From an uncultured Bacteroidia bacterium (GTDB lineage Bacteria > Bacteroidota > Bacteroidia > Bacteroidales > CAJPTX01), in the NCBI GenBank assembly GCA_947252645.1, contig CAMXWF010000002.1, positions 72,632 to 136,631 on the forward strand: a DNA stretch of 64,000 nt, read 5' to 3'. Under the pieces are notes generated by a model. That model ran no database searches, was not told the DNA's origin, and was given only the letters and a program-made list of their open reading frames with translations. Both the position numbers and the translations under genes were made by a program. Each line of letters opens with the position of its first letter. Positions within the stretch are counted from its first letter, which is position 1. Shown one piece after another: positions 45,757 through 54,867 of the stretch.

Positions 45757-46082
45757 TGGATATTTTTGATTTGCCGCAGGGGTTTGTCAAGTCGCACCGA
45801 GCGCCTCGTTCGCTGGCCGAGCTGATGCGCAGCGTACTTTTGCACGACCCAGAGGCCCGTGATAGGGTGCTGGGGGCCTACATGGCCAAGGTTTGGCGCG
45901 AACATGCCCCGCAGTATATTGTTGCGCATACGGGTGAGGTTACCTATGCCAAAGGCCGTTGCACAATTCGGATTACTAATGGGGCCTTGCGTACAAACCT
46001 CTGCATGGAGCAGGCCAGGATGCTTGACTACCTCAATGACTTGCTTGGAGGACAATACGTACGGGTGCTTATTTTTGCTTAG
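45756..46082 (+). CDS. DUF721 (DciA-like) protein
   Basis: About 108 aa directly after recF with overlapping stop/start. The pattern L..vW......I...T.......G.L.I......A....L is typical of DUF721. Recalled from memory, not searched. Confidence 0.6.
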   Translation: MDIFDLPQGFVKSHRAPRSLAELMRSVLLHDPEARDRVLGAYMAKVWREHAPQYIVAHTGEVTYAKGRCTIRITNGALRTNLCMEQARMLDYLNDLLGGQYVRVLIFA

Positions 46083-46084
46083 CT

Positions 46085-47137
46085 ATGGATGGAGTGGAAG
46101 CGGTGTTGACTTCGGAGCGTTTGCAGGCTCTGCAGGCGTTGATAGGGCGGGCGCAGTGCGTTGCGGTTATTGCGCACGCACGGCCTGATGGAGATGCCAT
46201 GGGGAGCATGCTGGCCCTCGCGCTGCTGCTTGAGGCGCAGGGCAAGCAGGTGGTGCGCATCGCGCCGACACCAGTGCCGGCGTTCCTGGGCGGCATGGCC
46301 GGTAGCGACCAGGTAATTGTGGCCTCTAAACAGCAATATCTGGCCAAGAAGGGCATAGGGGAGTCGCAGCTAATAGTCCATGTGGACCATAGTGCCATCA
46401 GCCGGATCGACCCCTATTTGGCTGATGTAGTTGCCTGTAGTGGGAAAGCGAAGGTGGCTATAGACCATCACCTGGCCCCCACCGATGAGTTTGATCTTCT
46501 TTTCTCCTATCCATCTGCGAGTAGCACCTGCGAGTTACTCTACGAGATTGTTGTGCGGCTGTGGGGGCCAAGCTGCATCACGCCCGAGGTGGCCCATGCC
46601 ATCTATTTGGGGCTGATGACCGATACTGGCTCTTTCAGCTACTCTTGCTCGCGCGGACGCACCTTTGAGGTCGCAGGTCACCTTGTGGACGCTGGGGCCG
46701 ATGTGCCCGCTATTCAGAATGAGGTCTACCGGCAGTATAGCAAGGATCGCCTGCGCATGTATGGGGTGGCCTTGGCTGAGCATTTAGAGTTCATTGCCGA
46801 CGACCGGGCTGCCGTCATAGCGCTAGACCATGACTTCCTACAGGCGTACAACAACCAGCCTGGCGACACCGAGGGGCTGGTGAACGAGCCGCTGACTGTG
46901 GCCTCGGTTTGCATATCTGCGCTGATTACCGAGAAGCGCAACGGCACGGTGCGCATCTCCTTGCGGGCTAAGGGTAACGCCGTGGTCAATACGCTGGCCG
47001 CGCGCTACTTCAACGGTGGAGGCCATCCACAGGCTTCGGGAGGCACTATGGCATCGTCTATTGAGGCAGCTAGGGACCGCGTAGTGGAGGTCATAGAGGC
47101 GGCCATCGCGAGCGGGGAGTGCTTCCTCAACAGCTAG
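46085..47137 (+). CDS. DHH-family phosphoesterase (NrnA-like oligoribonuclease/pAp phosphatase)
   Basis: DHH motifs HARPDGDAMGS, DHH (AIDHHL), DTGSF; DHHA1 motif GGGHPQASG. Confidence 0.8.
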   Translation: MDGVEAVLTSERLQALQALIGRAQCVAVIAHARPDGDAMGSMLALALLLEAQGKQVVRIAPTPVPAFLGGMAGSDQVIVASKQQYLAKKGIGESQLIVHVDHSAISRIDPYLADVVACSGKAKVAIDHHLAPTDEFDLLFSYPSASSTCELLYEIVVRLWGPSCITPEVAHAIYLGLMTDTGSFSYSCSRGRTFEVAGHLVDAGADVPAIQNEVYRQYSKDRLRMYGVALAEHLEFIADDRAAVIALDHDFLQAYNNQPGDTEGLVNEPLTVASVCISALITEKRNGTVRISLRAKGNAVVNTLAARYFNGGGHPQASGGTMASSIEAARDRVVEVIEAAIASGECFLNS

Positions 47138-47198
47138 CCCCTCTGTGCTAGAATAGGGGCAGGGTTGCGGCACTATTTGCAGGTTAGCAGAAAAGTCG

Positions 47199-47206
47199 TA
47201 CCTTTG
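47199..47206 (+). promoter_or_regulatory. -7 box TAccTTTG upstream of tRNA-Met
   Basis: Exact TAnnTTTG 38 nt upstream of the tRNA 5' end. Confidence 0.45.
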
Positions 47207-47244
47207 CAGTTGGAGATCGGCGGAATGCTGGTGTCCAGTTGGAT

Positions 47245-47317
47245 TGCGGGGTAGAGCAGTTGGTAGCTCGTTGGGCTCATAACCCAGAGGTCACAGGTTC
47301 GAATCCTGTCCCCGCTA
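47245..47317 (+). tRNA. tRNA-Met (anticodon CAT), initiator type
   Basis: Collinear with E. coli tRNA-fMet as recalled. It has a 1:72 mismatch, GCGGGG/CCCCGC acceptor, three G-C pairs closing the anticodon stem (GGG-CTCATAA-CCC) and T loop TTCGAAT. CCA is not encoded. Confidence 0.92.
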
Positions 47318-47333
47318 CTCATGGTGGTGAGAA

Positions 47334-47364
47334 GGGCGGAGGTGTCGTTTAGGCATCTCCGCCC
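47334..47364 (+). terminator. Terminator-like hairpin after tRNA-Met
   Basis: GGGCGGAG ... CTCCGCCC 8-bp stem followed by TTCTCCTTTT. Confidence 0.5.
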
Positions 47365-48086
47365 TTCTCCTTTTCGGGAGTTGTGCGCCGCTGCTTCTTG
47401 CGCTTTGATGCTCCCTTTGGCTCTTTGGGCGTATGGCCTAGTGGACGATTGGTTGGGCAAGTGCCCTGCGCAATGCGCATTGCGAAATTAGCAGGTAGGC
47501 GAGTGCTGGCTCATCTATGCCTCTGTGCCTGCGCTGGCTTCATCTTGGATTGGGTGGCACGCTCGCCGAGACGTGCTACAAACGTTTCCCACAAATGTTG
47601 CTCTGTAGCAGTTTCGCTCGGGGACGGCTAAACCTTCGTACTTCCTGGAAGGGATATCGCGATGCCCAGGGCGATGTGGGATGCTAGAGGTAGAAGCTGC
47701 GGCTATTGGGCTTCCTGTGGTATGGCAACTAGGTAGTAGGGTACAGGGGACACGGCGGAGTAGGAAGTATGCTCCGTTTGGTTAATTGAAGCAGTGCGCA
47801 TTGCTGCGCTGTGCACCAGCAGTCCGTTTTACGAGCTCGTGCCTTTCCCTGGCCTTCTGTGGGCATGATACGCTTTCCAGATAGAGACATATGCACCTGG
47901 CTTGCATTGCCTGGGCGCCAATAGACTTTCCCGATTGCCAGGTTGTGGGCGTCGACAGGTCTCTGTGCCACTTGGCGGGTTAGCCGTCAGCCCAAGGGGG
48001 TAGTGAGGCTACGTTGGGGTGTTAGTTAGACCCCGTACCGTCAAGGGGTGCTCACGTTGTTTTCTTGCGGCTTTAAGAAAGCACAA

Positions 48087-48113
48087 GGGGCTGTCGCTGT
48101 AAGCAACAGCCCC
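48087..48113 (-). terminator. Terminator-like hairpin downstream of the minus-strand OM-barrel/lipoprotein operon
   Basis: GGGGCTGT ... ACAGCCCC stem 58 nt past the stop at 48171, followed on the minus strand by a T-rich stretch. Confidence 0.5.
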
Positions 48114-48170
48114 ACATATTTCGCAGCTGGCACTTTGCCGAGCATTCAGGGTCTCTAGCAATGCCTTGCG

Positions 48171-48824
48171 CTACTCGGCAGAGGCCTCAGGGTCACGCAG
48201 GGGAATGGGCACCCCCACTACCACACCCCCAGTCAGTGCGCCCTGCGGCATGTTGCGTAGGTTGGCGTAGGCCCCGAGCGAGAGGTGGCGCAGCACACGG
48301 TAGCTGTACGAAAGTTCTACCGCACCGGTGAAAGCGTAGCCGGCATAGAACACTGCATTGAAATGCTTTCCGAGACCGTCCTTATCCTGCCAGCGCTGGT
48401 GGACGCTAAAGCATACCATGCCACCGTCCACGCGCAGCAGCAGCAGATGCCGCGTATGGGGCCACTTTATAGCCAACGGGGCAAACACCATGCCCACGGA
48501 GTAGCTCCTGGCCGAGATATTGTAGCTCGCAAGCCCATCCATGCCAGTGGCATCACCGAGCTGAGGTCGCCGATTATCCCCCCAATCTAAAGAGATAAAG
48601 CTATGCTTGCTCTGGGCTAGGCCGTGGACGTCGAAACGTGCATAGCTACCCAAGTAGGGCAGGTACATCCAATCTAAGCCCAGGCCCCCGTGCATGGCCC
48701 AATGCGTCAGCTCCATCTCTCCGGCACCCACGTTGAGGTTAACCGATACCCGTTGCTGTGCGAACCCATGCGCAGCGGCACACAGCAGGAATACCACCAG
48801 TAAGAACCATCTAGTACTTCTCAT
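48171..48824 (-). CDS. Hypothetical small outer-membrane beta-barrel protein
   Basis: Signal peptide (LLVVFLLCAAAHGFAQQ); alternating aromatic/Gly-rich beta-strand pattern; 217 aa. Starts 9 nt after the upstream lipoprotein gene. Confidence 0.55.
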   Translation of the reverse strand: MRSTRWFLLVVFLLCAAAHGFAQQRVSVNLNVGAGEMELTHWAMHGGLGLDWMYLPYLGSYARFDVHGLAQSKHSFISLDWGDNRRPQLGDATGMDGLASYNISARSYSVGMVFAPLAIKWPHTRHLLLLRVDGGMVCFSVHQRWQDKDGLGKHFNAVFYAGYAFTGAVELSYSYRVLRHLSLGAYANLRNMPQGALTGGVVVGVPIPLRDPEASAE

Positions 48825-48833
48825 GGGATTACG

Positions 48834-50108
48834 CTATTTTCGTACTTCAATTACGAACTCAAAGGTATCACCGCACCTGTAGGTGTGCTGATTATGCTCA
48901 TCCGTGTCGTCCTTAAAATGAACGCTTTGATTGCATATTAGGTCGTCACTGAGGTTGATGGTAGCCTTTGTATACATACTTAGCCCCGCAATAGAGCACT
49001 CTATAGTAAAGGTTGCTATATCTCCTTCGTCCACTTCAACGAACGACACACTGTAGAAGTCGTTTAACAGCATCCCCTTCTCCCAGCGTCCAATCTCGTT
49101 ACCGCAGTCTTTCCAAGCGCCATTCCACCAGCCCTTGTCACTGTAGCTCCATGTGTTATGCTGATTTTGCATGTACGTGTGGCATACTACTTCGGGTCTT
49201 CCGCGCCACCGGGATTCGTACAGCCGCATGGCATCTTGACTCGTGAAGTGAGCCTTGACTAAGAACTCTTGAGTACCAAGAACAGCACTCCGGAACACCT
49301 TGGTTCCTATAGGAGTCCCGCTCCCGCCAGTTCCCAGGTTCCACCTATGGTCATCGTGAGGCATTTTGTAGTAGTAGCGCCTATGCTCCGAACCAGCACC
49401 TTCGATGTTGTCTGTGCCGCAGGACATATACTCGAAGTAGAGTTGCGCTTCTGGCCCCATTCCCCCGATGCCCTCTACTGTGATACGCTCACTCACCCCA
49501 AGCACCAGCAAAGGTCTATCTTTTTCGGCATTGACATCGATCGCTAAAGATTTACCGTTACGATCATAAACGAGAAGGCTCTCGGGGTGCCGTTCACTAC
49601 AGCCTGTAGGTGCAATTACTATGGCAAGTCTGGGATCTGTGAGTCCTTGTGTTATGTCTCCTGAATAATTGTCTTCTGCCGGTACAAAAAGTACATTTTG
49701 TAGCGGGTTGGCCGAGAGTAAGGAGTCAAGGAATGTCGGGCTCGCGCCTCTCGTAGGCTGGTCATAACGGTTAGCGAAGTGCTGTAAGAACGAAGCAGTT
49801 GCCTCACTCCACTCGGTGCCCCTAGTTCTAGTGGGCGACATCATCTCCGCCAGCAGCACCTCGCTATCTCCATCGCGTTCGAAGCCAAGCCCCTTTGAGA
49901 GTCCATCCCTAAATGCGCCATCAGAGAGTCCTTTTACCATCGCTTCAAGGAGCTTCTTTTGCAGCGCTGTGGTGTTACTATCATCGGGGAGAGCTTGGCC
50001 GATGGACTCTGGCCGTACCCCCTCAACGGGAGCAGCTTCTCGCTTGGCGCACGCTGTAGCCAGCAGCACCAGCAAAACTGCGTACATGGTCACTCTAAAT
50101 CGCTTCAT
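48834..50108 (-). CDS. Hypothetical lipoprotein (424 aa), no recognisable family
   Basis: Lipobox LLATAC; natural amino-acid composition; Trp/His/Cys-rich C-terminal half. Confidence 0.6.
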   Translation of the reverse strand: MKRFRVTMYAVLLVLLATACAKREAAPVEGVRPESIGQALPDDSNTTALQKKLLEAMVKGLSDGAFRDGLSKGLGFERDGDSEVLLAEMMSPTRTRGTEWSEATASFLQHFANRYDQPTRGASPTFLDSLLSANPLQNVLFVPAEDNYSGDITQGLTDPRLAIVIAPTGCSERHPESLLVYDRNGKSLAIDVNAEKDRPLLVLGVSERITVEGIGGMGPEAQLYFEYMSCGTDNIEGAGSEHRRYYYKMPHDDHRWNLGTGGSGTPIGTKVFRSAVLGTQEFLVKAHFTSQDAMRLYESRWRGRPEVVCHTYMQNQHNTWSYSDKGWWNGAWKDCGNEIGRWEKGMLLNDFYSVSFVEVDEGDIATFTIECSIAGLSMYTKATINLSDDLICNQSVHFKDDTDEHNQHTYRCGDTFEFVIEVRK

Positions 50109-50162
50109 GATAATTGAGTTTTAGTTGTACTCTGCAAGTTAGAAAAAATCCCATTCGCAAAG
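49838..50162. repeat. Diverged tandem duplication, unit 1 (5' end plus upstream region of the 424-aa lipoprotein gene)
   Basis: Aligns ungapped at offset 375 with 50213-50537. About 90 percent identity by eye (9 of 90 encoded residues differ). Confidence 0.85.
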
Positions 50163-50210
50163 TGAGATGTTCACCTGCGCAGATTGCACCCGCAAATGCA
50201 ACTTCTGCCG

Positions 50211-50483
50211 CTACATCATCTCCGCCAGCAGCACCTCGCTGTCTCCGTCGCGTTCGAAGCCAAGTCCCTTTGAGAGTCCATCCCTAAATGCGCCATCAGA
50301 GGGTCCTTCTACTACTGCTTCAAGGAGCCTCTTTTGCAGCACTGTGGTGTTACTATCGTCTGGGAGAGCTTGGCTGACGGACTCTGGCCTCACCCCCTCA
50401 ACGGGAGCAGCGTCTCGCTTGGCGCATGCTGTGGCCAGCAGCACCAGCAAAACTGCGTACATGGTCACTCTCAATCGCTTCAT
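50211..50483 (-). pseudogene. Truncated 5' paralog of the 424-aa lipoprotein gene (90 codons; start, signal peptide and lipobox intact)
   Basis: MKRLRVTMYAVLLVLLATACAKRDAAPVEG... matches the N-terminus of the 48834..50108 product. Homology ends at ...LLAEMM, followed by a stop. Confidence 0.6.
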
Positions 50484-50537
50484 GATGATTGAGTTTTAGC
50501 TGTACTCTGCAAGCTAGAAAATGCCCCATACGCAAGA
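50213..50537. repeat. Diverged tandem duplication, unit 2
   Basis: See 49838-50162. Weaker similarity continues about 20 nt further (shared CCTGCGC at the same offset). Confidence 0.85.
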
Positions 50538-50872
50538 GCGTTGCCCGCCTGCGCTTCAGGGCACTTCAACCCAGCGCTCAGGCTTCCTCAAGCGCGGTGG
50601 TAGTCGAGCTGTTGATCACGGGCGGCTCAACGCCTCAAACCTGATTGTTGTTGCTAGCCAACGTGCTTCGCCCCCGGCGCAACGCCCAGTAGACACCCTA
50701 TGCGCAGGTTTGCCGGGTTTCCCCAGCAATTCCCCCGGAGATTCCTACAAGGAGTTCCTAGGGCAATTCCCCCTCAGCTCAGGCAACAGGAATCGCCCTT
50801 GTGACCAAGCAGATGCTACCCCCTCAGGGCATCAATAGCCTTGCGCTGGTCCTTTACGCGGCGCTTGGCAGG

Positions 50873-51418
50873 CTATGGGAAAAGGGGCGTAAAATCCATC
50901 GGCACCACGGCGCCGTAGGGGTGGAGGTGTGCGTAGGGGTCGCCTTCCACCTTTTTCCCTAGGAGGATTTCGGCGGCCAGGATGATGCCCCCATGGGCAA
51001 ATAGCAGCAGATTGCGTTCATTGGCTGCATGCCGTTCCTTGAGAAAGTCGAGCAGTCGGTCAGTCATCATCATGATGGACTCCCCGCCCGGCGCGGGTTC
51101 GTGGAGCGGGTCGTTAAGCCAGCGGGTAAACTCTGCGGGGTCTTGCTTGTCCAGCGGCTGCCATTCCCAGTGCCCGAAGTCCATCTCTTTGAGTCGGTCA
51201 TCGCGTTGTGCATCGCCGCGGCCGCAGTAGGAGGCTAGTCGCACGCAGCGGGAGAGGGGGCTGGTGTATACGGCCTGATAGGCTCTGGGGGGAATATTTT
51301 TCTTCACCACGGCGGCCTCCTGCTCAAAGGTGTTGCGCAGCGGGACGTCCGTCTGCCCGTAGCACATCCCCTTGGGGACATCGACTGCCGTGTGGCGCAC
51401 AAACACTGCCTGCATCAT
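50873..51418 (-). CDS. Histidine phosphatase family protein (phosphoglycerate mutase / alpha-ribazole phosphatase-like)
   Basis: VFVRHTAVDVPKGMCYGQTDVPL (RH catalytic motif) and LLFAHGGII (second His). Start set to the ATG immediately after the upstream stop. Confidence 0.65.
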   Translation of the reverse strand: MMQAVFVRHTAVDVPKGMCYGQTDVPLRNTFEQEAAVVKKNIPPRAYQAVYTSPLSRCVRLASYCGRGDAQRDDRLKEMDFGHWEWQPLDKQDPAEFTRWLNDPLHEPAPGGESIMMMTDRLLDFLKERHAANERNLLLFAHGGIILAAEILLGKKVEGDPYAHLHPYGAVVPMDFTPLFP

Positions 51419-51419
51419 C

Positions 51420-52004
51420 CTAGCGCGCCACCTTAATGGACTCAAAGAAGGCCTTGCTCACTTGCTGGACATCGTCCGGGGCATTCTGGGTGGGGTAGTA
51501 GTGGATGGCTTTTACTAGGAGCATTTTGTCCGATATGTAGTAGCCTATGCAGGTGCCCGTGAAATCTAGTCCGCTGTCGGTGCGCTTCTTGAAGTTTATG
51601 CGCATCGTGTAGTATTTCCCGATCTTCTCGAACTTCTCCTCTACGCCGTATACGGGGTTGAGGTCGTCGAGGACAGTGTGTTCCTTGAGGATGCGGTGGA
51701 TGAAGGTCTGGTTTTCGGGCAAGGATAGGCGTCGAGTGTAGGCGCTGCGTAGCTCGTTGAGCTGTTTGGTGGTGGCCTGGTCGCGACGGTAGAAATCCTC
51801 TAGCTCCACGACTGAGATGCAGAAAATGCCATATTGGATGTGCTGTAGCTCCTTGTCGTAGCGGATGTTGTCGGTGAGGTTGGCGTTCACAGGGAGTTCG
51901 AAGGAAACGCCCTTCCTGACGGTAATCCGGTCGGTTTGCGCTTGTAGATTCGGTGCTATGGCGAGCAGGAGCAGGCAGCAGAGCGCAGTGATTTTGGTAG
52001 ACAT
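51420..52004 (-). CDS. Hypothetical secreted protein
   Basis: Signal peptide MSTKITALCCLLLLAIAPNLQAQ and balanced composition. The overlapping alternative-frame ORF 51442..52038 is Arg/Pro/His-rich and was rejected. Confidence 0.5.
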   Translation of the reverse strand: MSTKITALCCLLLLAIAPNLQAQTDRITVRKGVSFELPVNANLTDNIRYDKELQHIQYGIFCISVVELEDFYRRDQATTKQLNELRSAYTRRLSLPENQTFIHRILKEHTVLDDLNPVYGVEEKFEKIGKYYTMRINFKKRTDSGLDFTGTCIGYYISDKMLLVKAIHYYPTQNAPDDVQQVSKAFFESIKVAR

Positions 52005-52035
52005 GGTTGGCCTTTCTTCCAGGGGTGTTACCTTG

Positions 52036-52043
52036 CAAAGGTA
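52036..52043 (-). promoter_or_regulatory. -7 box TAccTTTG (minus strand) for the 51420..52004 operon
   Basis: Reverse complement of CAAAGGTA, 32 nt upstream of the start at 52004. Confidence 0.4.
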
Positions 52044-52074
52044 TTGAAAATGCGCCTACCTACTCAATATTGCC

Positions 52075-52082
52075 TACCTTCG
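52075..52082 (+). promoter_or_regulatory. Candidate -7 box TAccTTCG upstream of polA
   Basis: 19 nt before ATG 52101. Supports the 52101 start over the track start at 52044. Confidence 0.3.
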
Positions 52083-52100
52083 CTAGGCAAGCATACGAGC

Positions 52101-54857
52101 ATGGAGACAGAGAATAGGCTGCTAGGCGTGGATGCCTTTGCGCTGCTTTTCCGTGGCTATTACGCCCTTATCAATAGGCCACTGCTGACTAGCGACGGTC
52201 GCAATACCTCGGCCGTCTATGGGTTCATGGGATCGCTGCTTTCCGCAATGGATGAGCTCTCTCCCACGCATGTAGTGGTGGCCTACGATCTGGGGGGGCC
52301 CACCTTTCGACAAGAGCTCGATGGCCAGTACAAGGCCAACCGGGAGGCCACGCCGGAGGCAGTGGTCTATGGTGCTGATGCCGTCAAGCGTATGCTGGAG
52401 GCGCTGGGGGTGTTGATAGCATCGCAGCAGGGTTTTGAGGCCGACGATATGCTCGGTTCTGTGGCCCAAACTTTCGCCAGTGACCAAACCACCGTGTACC
52501 TCTTTACCCAGGACAAGGACTACCAGCAGCTCCTAGGGCCCCACACCGTTATGCATAAGCCCCTGCGCAATGCGCCAGGGAATAGGCCTTTCACCCAGGC
52601 CGACCTATTGGCCAAGTACCCCATAGCGCAGCCAGGGCAATTCAGGGACATTCTGGCCCTCTGGGGCGATGCCAGCGACAACGTCCCCGGAGTTCCCGGG
52701 ATAGGGGAGAAAACGGCCGCCAAGCTTGTAGGCAAGTATGGCGGCATCGAGCAGATCTACGCCAACATCGGCAAGCTCACCCCAAAGTTGCAAAAGGCTC
52801 TCAAAGAGCACAAAGAGCAGCTACTCAAATCCTACGAGCTGGTGGGGATACGGCGCAATCTGCCGCTCGACTTCCAGTTGTCGGATTGCCGCGTGGGGCC
52901 ACCTGATTGCCGGGCTCTGGCGGTGCTTTTCTCCGAGCTGCAGTTTGGTGCCATGGCCGAGAGCATCATGCGCCATTTCCTCACCGAGGCCCAGGTGGCG
53001 CAGGTCAGGGAGTGGAGGCAGGGGAGCGTTCGTGTGGACAAGGCTCCTGCGGCCGATACTAGCAACCAAGCCACGCAGGCTGACAAGCAACTCCAGGATG
53101 CTGAGCGCGCGGCTGCGGGCGCAGACTGTGCTCGGGTAGCCGATGTCGATACGCTCCCGAAGCTGGCCGAGGCCATCGCCGAGGCGCCCTGGGTGGCTCT
53201 GGCCCTGGCGCAGGAGGGCGATAGAGTCCTAGGAGTCAGCATATGCTACGAAGTTGACCAGACGGTGTATTGCCCCCTGCCATTCCTCAGGGGCTTACCA
53301 GCAGAGCAGCGCGCCCTACTCAATGGGGCCTTGGGTGCGCAGCCAGCGCGTATACTCGTGGGCTACGATCTAAAAACTATTTCCATGGCCTTGGCGGGTC
53401 TTGAGCTCTACCCCAAAGGGCTGTTTGAGGATCTGATGGTGATGGATTATCTCATTGACCCCGACAAGAACCGTGGGCTCGACTATCATCCCGGGCCGCA
53501 ATTGGCGCAATTTTTAGCTGCGCAGGGTGAGGCTTCAGGGGATTTGGAGGCCAGGGTTGCCAATAGCTGTGCAGTGACTCTCTGGCCGAGGCGATTGGAT
53601 AGGCGAGCTCGGCTTGTAGAGGCCGGTGTGCAGGGGGTCTATGAGTCCATTGAGGCGCCCTTGCGCCCTGTTTTGGCTGCCATGGAGCGTACAGGGGTTG
53701 CGGTCAATCTTGGTGTGCTCGACAGCCTTCGGGGTGCGTTCAACACAAGGCTAGAGGCCTTGCGCTCGCAGGTGCTGGCCTATTCTCCGGACAAGAGTAT
53801 CAACATCGACTCCCCCAAGCAGGTGGGCGAGCTACTTTTCGATGTGTTGCACTTGAGTCGTAACCCTAAGAAGACCCACTCGGGGACTTATAGCACAAGC
53901 GAGATAGAACTTCGGAAATATGCCCACCTGCACCCCATCATTGCGCAGCTTCTAGAATACCGCGAGGTCCGCAAGCAGCTCAATACCTATGTTGATGCTT
54001 TGCCTGGTTTGGTGAACCCCGCCACGGGGCGCATCCACACGCATTTTAACCAGGCGGTGGCCGCCACGGGAAGACTCAGCTCGAGCAATCCTAATTTGCA
54101 GAACATCCCTGTGCGCAATGAGTCTGGCCGCCTTATCCGCGAGGCCTTTGTCTCTTCCTTTGAGGGTGGGGAGCTGCTCTCGGCCGACTACTCGCAGATC
54201 GAGCTGCGCCTCATGGCCCACATGAGCGGCGACAAGAACATGGTGGAGGATTTCCTAGAAGGCCATGATATCCACGCAGCCACGGCTAGCCGCATCTTCG
54301 GCATTCCCCTCCAGGAGGTGACCCCCGCGCAGCGCAAGACCGCTAAGAAGGCCAATTTCGGCATGATTTACGGCATCTCGGCCTTCGGCCTATCGCAGCA
54401 GCTTGAGGTCAAGCCAGAAGAGGCCAAAAAGCTCATGGACGATTACTTTGCCACTTACCCGGGCGTGGCAGCCTACATGCGTGCGGAGATAGAGAAGGCC
54501 AAGCAACGTGGCTACGCCGAGACGCTCTTTGGACGCAAGCGGTGGATCCCGGACTTACACCATGGGAATGCGAACCTCAGGAAGGCCGCAGAGCGCAACG
54601 CCATCAATGCGCCTATACAGGGTACGGCCGCAGACATTATCAAGAAGGCCATGGTGACGATCTTCCGCGCCATGCAGGTGCAGGCACTGCGCTCCAGAAT
54701 GATTATCCAAGTGCACGATGAGCTGATCTTCGATGTCTATCCGGGTGAGCTGGAGGCACTGCAGGCCATCGTGAAGCCCGGCATGGAGCAGGTTTGCCAG
54801 CTGAAAGTGCCACTGATTGTGGATATGGCCCACGGGCCCAATTGGGGGACGCTCTAG
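52101..54857 (+). CDS. polA: DNA polymerase I
   Basis: 5'-3' exonuclease N-terminus (LLGVDAFALLFRGYYAL, DNVPGVPGIGEKTA). Polymerase motifs DYSQIELR, RKTAKKANFGMIYG, QVHDEL. Confidence 0.93.
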   Translation: METENRLLGVDAFALLFRGYYALINRPLLTSDGRNTSAVYGFMGSLLSAMDELSPTHVVVAYDLGGPTFRQELDGQYKANREATPEAVVYGADAVKRMLEALGVLIASQQGFEADDMLGSVAQTFASDQTTVYLFTQDKDYQQLLGPHTVMHKPLRNAPGNRPFTQADLLAKYPIAQPGQFRDILALWGDASDNVPGVPGIGEKTAAKLVGKYGGIEQIYANIGKLTPKLQKALKEHKEQLLKSYELVGIRRNLPLDFQLSDCRVGPPDCRALAVLFSELQFGAMAESIMRHFLTEAQVAQVREWRQGSVRVDKAPAADTSNQATQADKQLQDAERAAAGADCARVADVDTLPKLAEAIAEAPWVALALAQEGDRVLGVSICYEVDQTVYCPLPFLRGLPAEQRALLNGALGAQPARILVGYDLKTISMALAGLELYPKGLFEDLMVMDYLIDPDKNRGLDYHPGPQLAQFLAAQGEASGDLEARVANSCAVTLWPRRLDRRARLVEAGVQGVYESIEAPLRPVLAAMERTGVAVNLGVLDSLRGAFNTRLEALRSQVLAYSPDKSINIDSPKQVGELLFDVLHLSRNPKKTHSGTYSTSEIELRKYAHLHPIIAQLLEYREVRKQLNTYVDALPGLVNPATGRIHTHFNQAVAATGRLSSSNPNLQNIPVRNESGRLIREAFVSSFEGGELLSADYSQIELRLMAHMSGDKNMVEDFLEGHDIHAATASRIFGIPLQEVTPAQRKTAKKANFGMIYGISAFGLSQQLEVKPEEAKKLMDDYFATYPGVAAYMRAEIEKAKQRGYAETLFGRKRWIPDLHHGNANLRKAAERNAINAPIQGTAADIIKKAMVTIFRAMQVQALRSRMIIQVHDELIFDVYPGELEALQAIVKPGMEQVCQLKVPLIVDMAHGPNWGTL

Positions 54858-54867
54858 CCCCGAGACC

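Noticed and set aside
47173-47460. 95-aa minus-strand ORF
   Set aside because: It overlaps the tRNA-Met gene and its terminator, so it is spurious.
51442-52038. 198-aa same-strand alternative-frame ORF overlapping 51420..52004, and likewise 57647..58309 inside the GT-C gene
   Set aside because: Their composition is Arg/Pro/His-rich and implausible. The chosen frames give a clean signal peptide (51420..52004) or a coherent multi-TM protein (57190..58422).
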